DNA of 62,213 nucleotides, counting the filler, from Squatina squatina (taxonomy: Eukaryota): NCBI GenBank assembly GCA_031763465.1. It is 3 parts of 3 records of this genome, joined end to end, with 100 filler letters (N's around TTAATTAATTAA, not from the genome) between each part and the next. Parts side by side here need not be neighbours in the genome. Positions count along the whole stretch, not along the records: positions 46,591 to 62,213 come from JARFOE010000001.1; 2 more parts are not named here. One strand, given 5' to 3'. Positions 61,881 to 62,213 of the stretch are shown one piece after another (the first letter of the stretch is position 1; each line of letters begins with the position of its first letter). The translations under genes and the position numbers were made by a program. The notes below the pieces were generated by a model. It made no database searches. It worked only from the letters and a program-made list of their open reading frames with translations, and was not told the DNA's origin.

Positions 61881-62213
61881 GTCTGAAACATTTCATCACT
61901 TTTTGCATAAATTACCACGTGCTAGTGCTGCACTGCATTATACATAAAGTGTAAAGCTGAATATCGATCAATACTTTCAGTTTATCAATATTGGTTATTT
62001 TATAATTTTATTATATAAATTACTGGAGTTTTAAGCGCTAAAGTTAAATAAACAGAAGACCTGAGTGAAATTGCTAAAAGTAATGGGTTGGTGTAGGGAA
62101 TACCGAGGATTAGGTTAAGGGACATTGTTGTAGAGTAGAGGGAGCTTTGCTCTTGGCTGCACTGCAGAGTAGTAGACACTGCTTTACTCCTGGCTGAGCT
62201 GCAAAGTAGGGCA

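Overview
Gappy eukaryotic scaffold, most likely from a cartilaginous fish (shark), judged from SacSINE1/AmnSINE1-type DeuSINEs and abundant CR1-clade LINE tails. It appears to join at least three separate loci, split by two artificial 44N-TTAATTAATTAA-44N linkers (29232-29331, 46491-46590). Block 1 holds the large last coding exon and probable 3' UTR of RPRD2, then repeat-rich DNA with three minisatellites. Block 2 holds three consecutive DPYD exons (human-equivalent 9-11). Block 3 holds a minus-strand TEX15-like DUF3715 exon, a probable minus-strand 3' UTR (PURG by synteny only) and six WRN exons (one exonuclease, five helicase). The rest is CR1 and L2 LINE debris, tRNA-derived SINEs, hAT and Tigger remnants and microsatellites. 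Gene and family names come from recalled sequences and exon sizes, not from database searches. I found no convincing new biological system. The best leads are an interrupted RPRD2 exon with a regular Pro/His repeat, hAT MITEs nested in LINEs, a palindromic 43-bp satellite with higher-order structure, a SINE/L2 shared tail and a stop-generating tandem acceptor in WRN.
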